Source: Squalus acanthias (lineage: Eukaryota). From it: a stretch of 64,000 nucleotides of DNA. Shown here in pieces: positions 62,257-64,000 of the stretch (its first letter is position 1; every line of letters starts with the position of its first letter). The stretch is taken from contig CM059432.1 of the NCBI GenBank assembly GCA_030390025.1, positions 103,480,001 through 103,544,000 of the forward strand, given 5' to 3'. The translations under genes and the position numbers were made by a program. The notes under the pieces are model-generated. The model was not told where the DNA came from, did not search any database, and saw nothing but the letters and a program-made list of their open reading frames with translations.

Positions 62257-62776
62257 CTTCCCCTCACCTCCCCTTTCAGCATTCCGTAGGGACCGCTCCC
62301 TCCGCGACACCCTAGTCCACTCCTCTACCACCCCCAGCACCCCTTCCCCTTCGCCCGGCACCTTCCCGTGCACGCGCAGGAGATGCAACACATGCCCTTA
62401 TACCTCCCCTCTTCCCACTGTCCAGGGCCCCAAACACCCCTTCCAGGTGAAACAGCGATTTACTTGTACTTCCTGCAATTTAGTATACTGTATTCGCTGC
62501 TCACGATGTGGACTCCTCTACATTGGGGAGACCAAACGCAGATTGGGTGACCGCTTTGCGGAACACCTCCGTTCAGTCCGTAAGGGGGACCCCGAGCTCC
62601 CGGTGGCCTGTCACTTTAATTCACCGCTTCACTCCCACTCGGACCTCACCGTCCTCGGCCTATTACACTGTTCCACGGAAGCTCAGCGAAAGCTCGAGGA
62701 ACAGCACCTCATCTTTCGTTTAGGCACGCTACAGCCCTCTGGACTCAATATCGAGTTCAACAATTTTAGATCATAA
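62237..62776 (+). pseudogene. 5'-truncated PLE ORF end: Cys-rich linker plus intact GIY-YIG domain (no in-frame ATG)
   Basis: DPTTKHIFP...FRRDRSLRDTLVHS...PCTRRRCNTC...VYCIRC...YIGET. Confidence 0.85.
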
Positions 62777-63042
62777 CCTCAGCTCCAATCACATTTATAT
62801 TTTATTTTATCCACCCTTTTATTTGTCCCCCCCACCTTTTTTTTCCTCCTAGAAGCTGGCAGCTGTCCTTCATTCTGCCAGTGGATTTCACACTTCATTC
62901 AGCCTTAATCTGTCACATTAACACCACCTCTAGCCTTGCATATCTCTTAATGTCTCTTCATCTCTCCTTTTGTTCCTTTATCCCCTCCCCCTTTTCCCAG
63001 CTTTACCCTGGCCTTAAATCTATTCGATTTCCGGCTCTTCCC

Positions 63043-63079
63043 AGTTCTGATGAAAGGTCATCGACCTGAAACGTTAACT
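63043..63079 (+). ncRNA. Minimal hammerhead ribozyme motif, intact
   Basis: AGTT-CTGATGA-A-AGGTC-ATC-GACCT-GAAAC-GTT-AACT. Confidence 0.78.
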
Positions 63080-63289
63080 CTCTTTCTCTCTCCACGGATG
63101 CTGCCTGGCCTGCTGAGTTTTTCCAGCGTTTTCTGTTGTTATGTTGGTTTCTCATGTTAGGAGAAGCCTGAATGTTCTTTTGAATTCTTGATTGGATTAC
63201 ACTGTGCTGAGCAAATGTGTTAATTGCCTTTTACCTGTGTAACAAAGAGCAGAGTGACTGGTGCTTATAGTTCAATATGACTTGGCGAC

Positions 63290-63950
63290 AAAAGACTTTT
63301 AAACCCTGCCCGCTGGCAGGAACGGAGCAGGCTGGAGGTTAAAATGGCAGTCGGGTGCTACAGCACTGCATTCCCGATGTCTTCGTGCCCATCGCCATTA
63401 CAACTCCTGGGTTTTCACTGCAGGCAGGCAGGGCCCTCGTTAACATTTAAATATCAGCTTGATGTCATTCAGACCCCAACATGATTTTAATTGCCGATCG
63501 TGGCAGTACCGCTCAGTGACGCAGCCACCAGTGAGAGCTGGCAGTAAGTAGGAGCAGGGCCCGAAAAGGCTAACAGAAGTACATTTAAAAACAATTTTTA
63601 GGTTTCCTCGTGTGTCAGTAGGAGCTGGAATGCTCCTCCAGGCTCCACAAGAAAACTTTGGGCCTCCCCTAACGTGGACCTCCTTCCCTCTCCCCCAACC
63701 GCAATCACCTCCGTACCTCCAACACCCCCCCACAATTGTAGGTCCCCAGCAGTGGCTTCCTGCCACCTGAAATCCCACTTCCACCGGCCAGCCACCTTGT
63801 CATTCCCACCAGGTGTGGGCAGGAGTCCACCTTGCATCAATTAAATGAAGCCGAGGAGTTAGACTGGCCCGGGCCCACACTGGCACTCTTATGGGGCGTT
63901 TCCCACCCCCCACACGCTGCACTCTTACCCCAAGTTAAAATCGAGGCTAA
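63290..63950. mobile_element. GC-rich non-autonomous DNA element (family of 21870-22400)
   Basis: Shared GGAGCTGGAATGCTCCTCCAGGCTCCACAAGAAAAC block, CATTTAAAT motifs and terminal GTTAAAATCGAGGC. Confidence 0.55.
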
Positions 63951-64000
63951 AGCTGGAGAGAGACGAAAGAGGATTGAAGTAGGTGCTGAACAGGGACCTG

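Larger units (their letters stand above)
61429..63141. mobile_element. Young fold-back Penelope-like (Neptune-type) element without RT
   Basis: About 770-bp near-identical inverted arms (61466-62235 / 62375-63141) with a spacer of about 140 bp; 37-nt extension on the left arm; perfect 14-bp TSD TGTTGGTTTCTCAT at 61415-28 and 63142-55. Confidence 0.95.

Noticed and set aside
1..64000. Prokaryotic systems (CRISPR array, retron or DGR-type RT loci, operons)
   Set aside because: No regularly spaced repeat-spacer array, and coding density is very low. All RT ORFs are eukaryotic non-LTR types with SINE partners.

Overview
Eukaryotic, gene-poor and transposon-rich DNA, most likely from a cartilaginous fish (shark). 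It carries HE1-type V-SINEs, SacSINE1/DeuSINE-type SINEs and many CR1 (HER1-like) LINEs. No host protein-coding gene could be recognised, so the window is probably intronic or intergenic. Retroelement content: one full-length but decayed CR1 (ORF1 zinc finger/leucine zipper/esterase; ORF2 APE-RT) nested inside an L2, several truncated CR1s (one with an open 573-aa RT frame), a Vingi/Ingi-clade LINE and an RTE-clade LINE, both with TSDs, and older SINE relics. DNA transposon content: a hAT transposase fossil and many MITEs. The most notable component is a cluster of Penelope-like (Neptune-type, GIY-YIG) retroelement derivatives carrying at least seven minimal hammerhead ribozyme motifs. Three of these insertions are fold-back (inverted) structures with 13-14 bp TSDs. 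The first is a very young 1.7 kb RT-less element with two intact GIY-YIG frames and a ribozyme in each arm (61429-63141). The second is an older equivalent split by a CR1 (46512-49436). The third is a perfect 139-bp palindrome centred on a ribozyme stem-II loop (31231-31369). Family names come from pattern recognition only, with no database search, and boundaries of old repeats are approximate.
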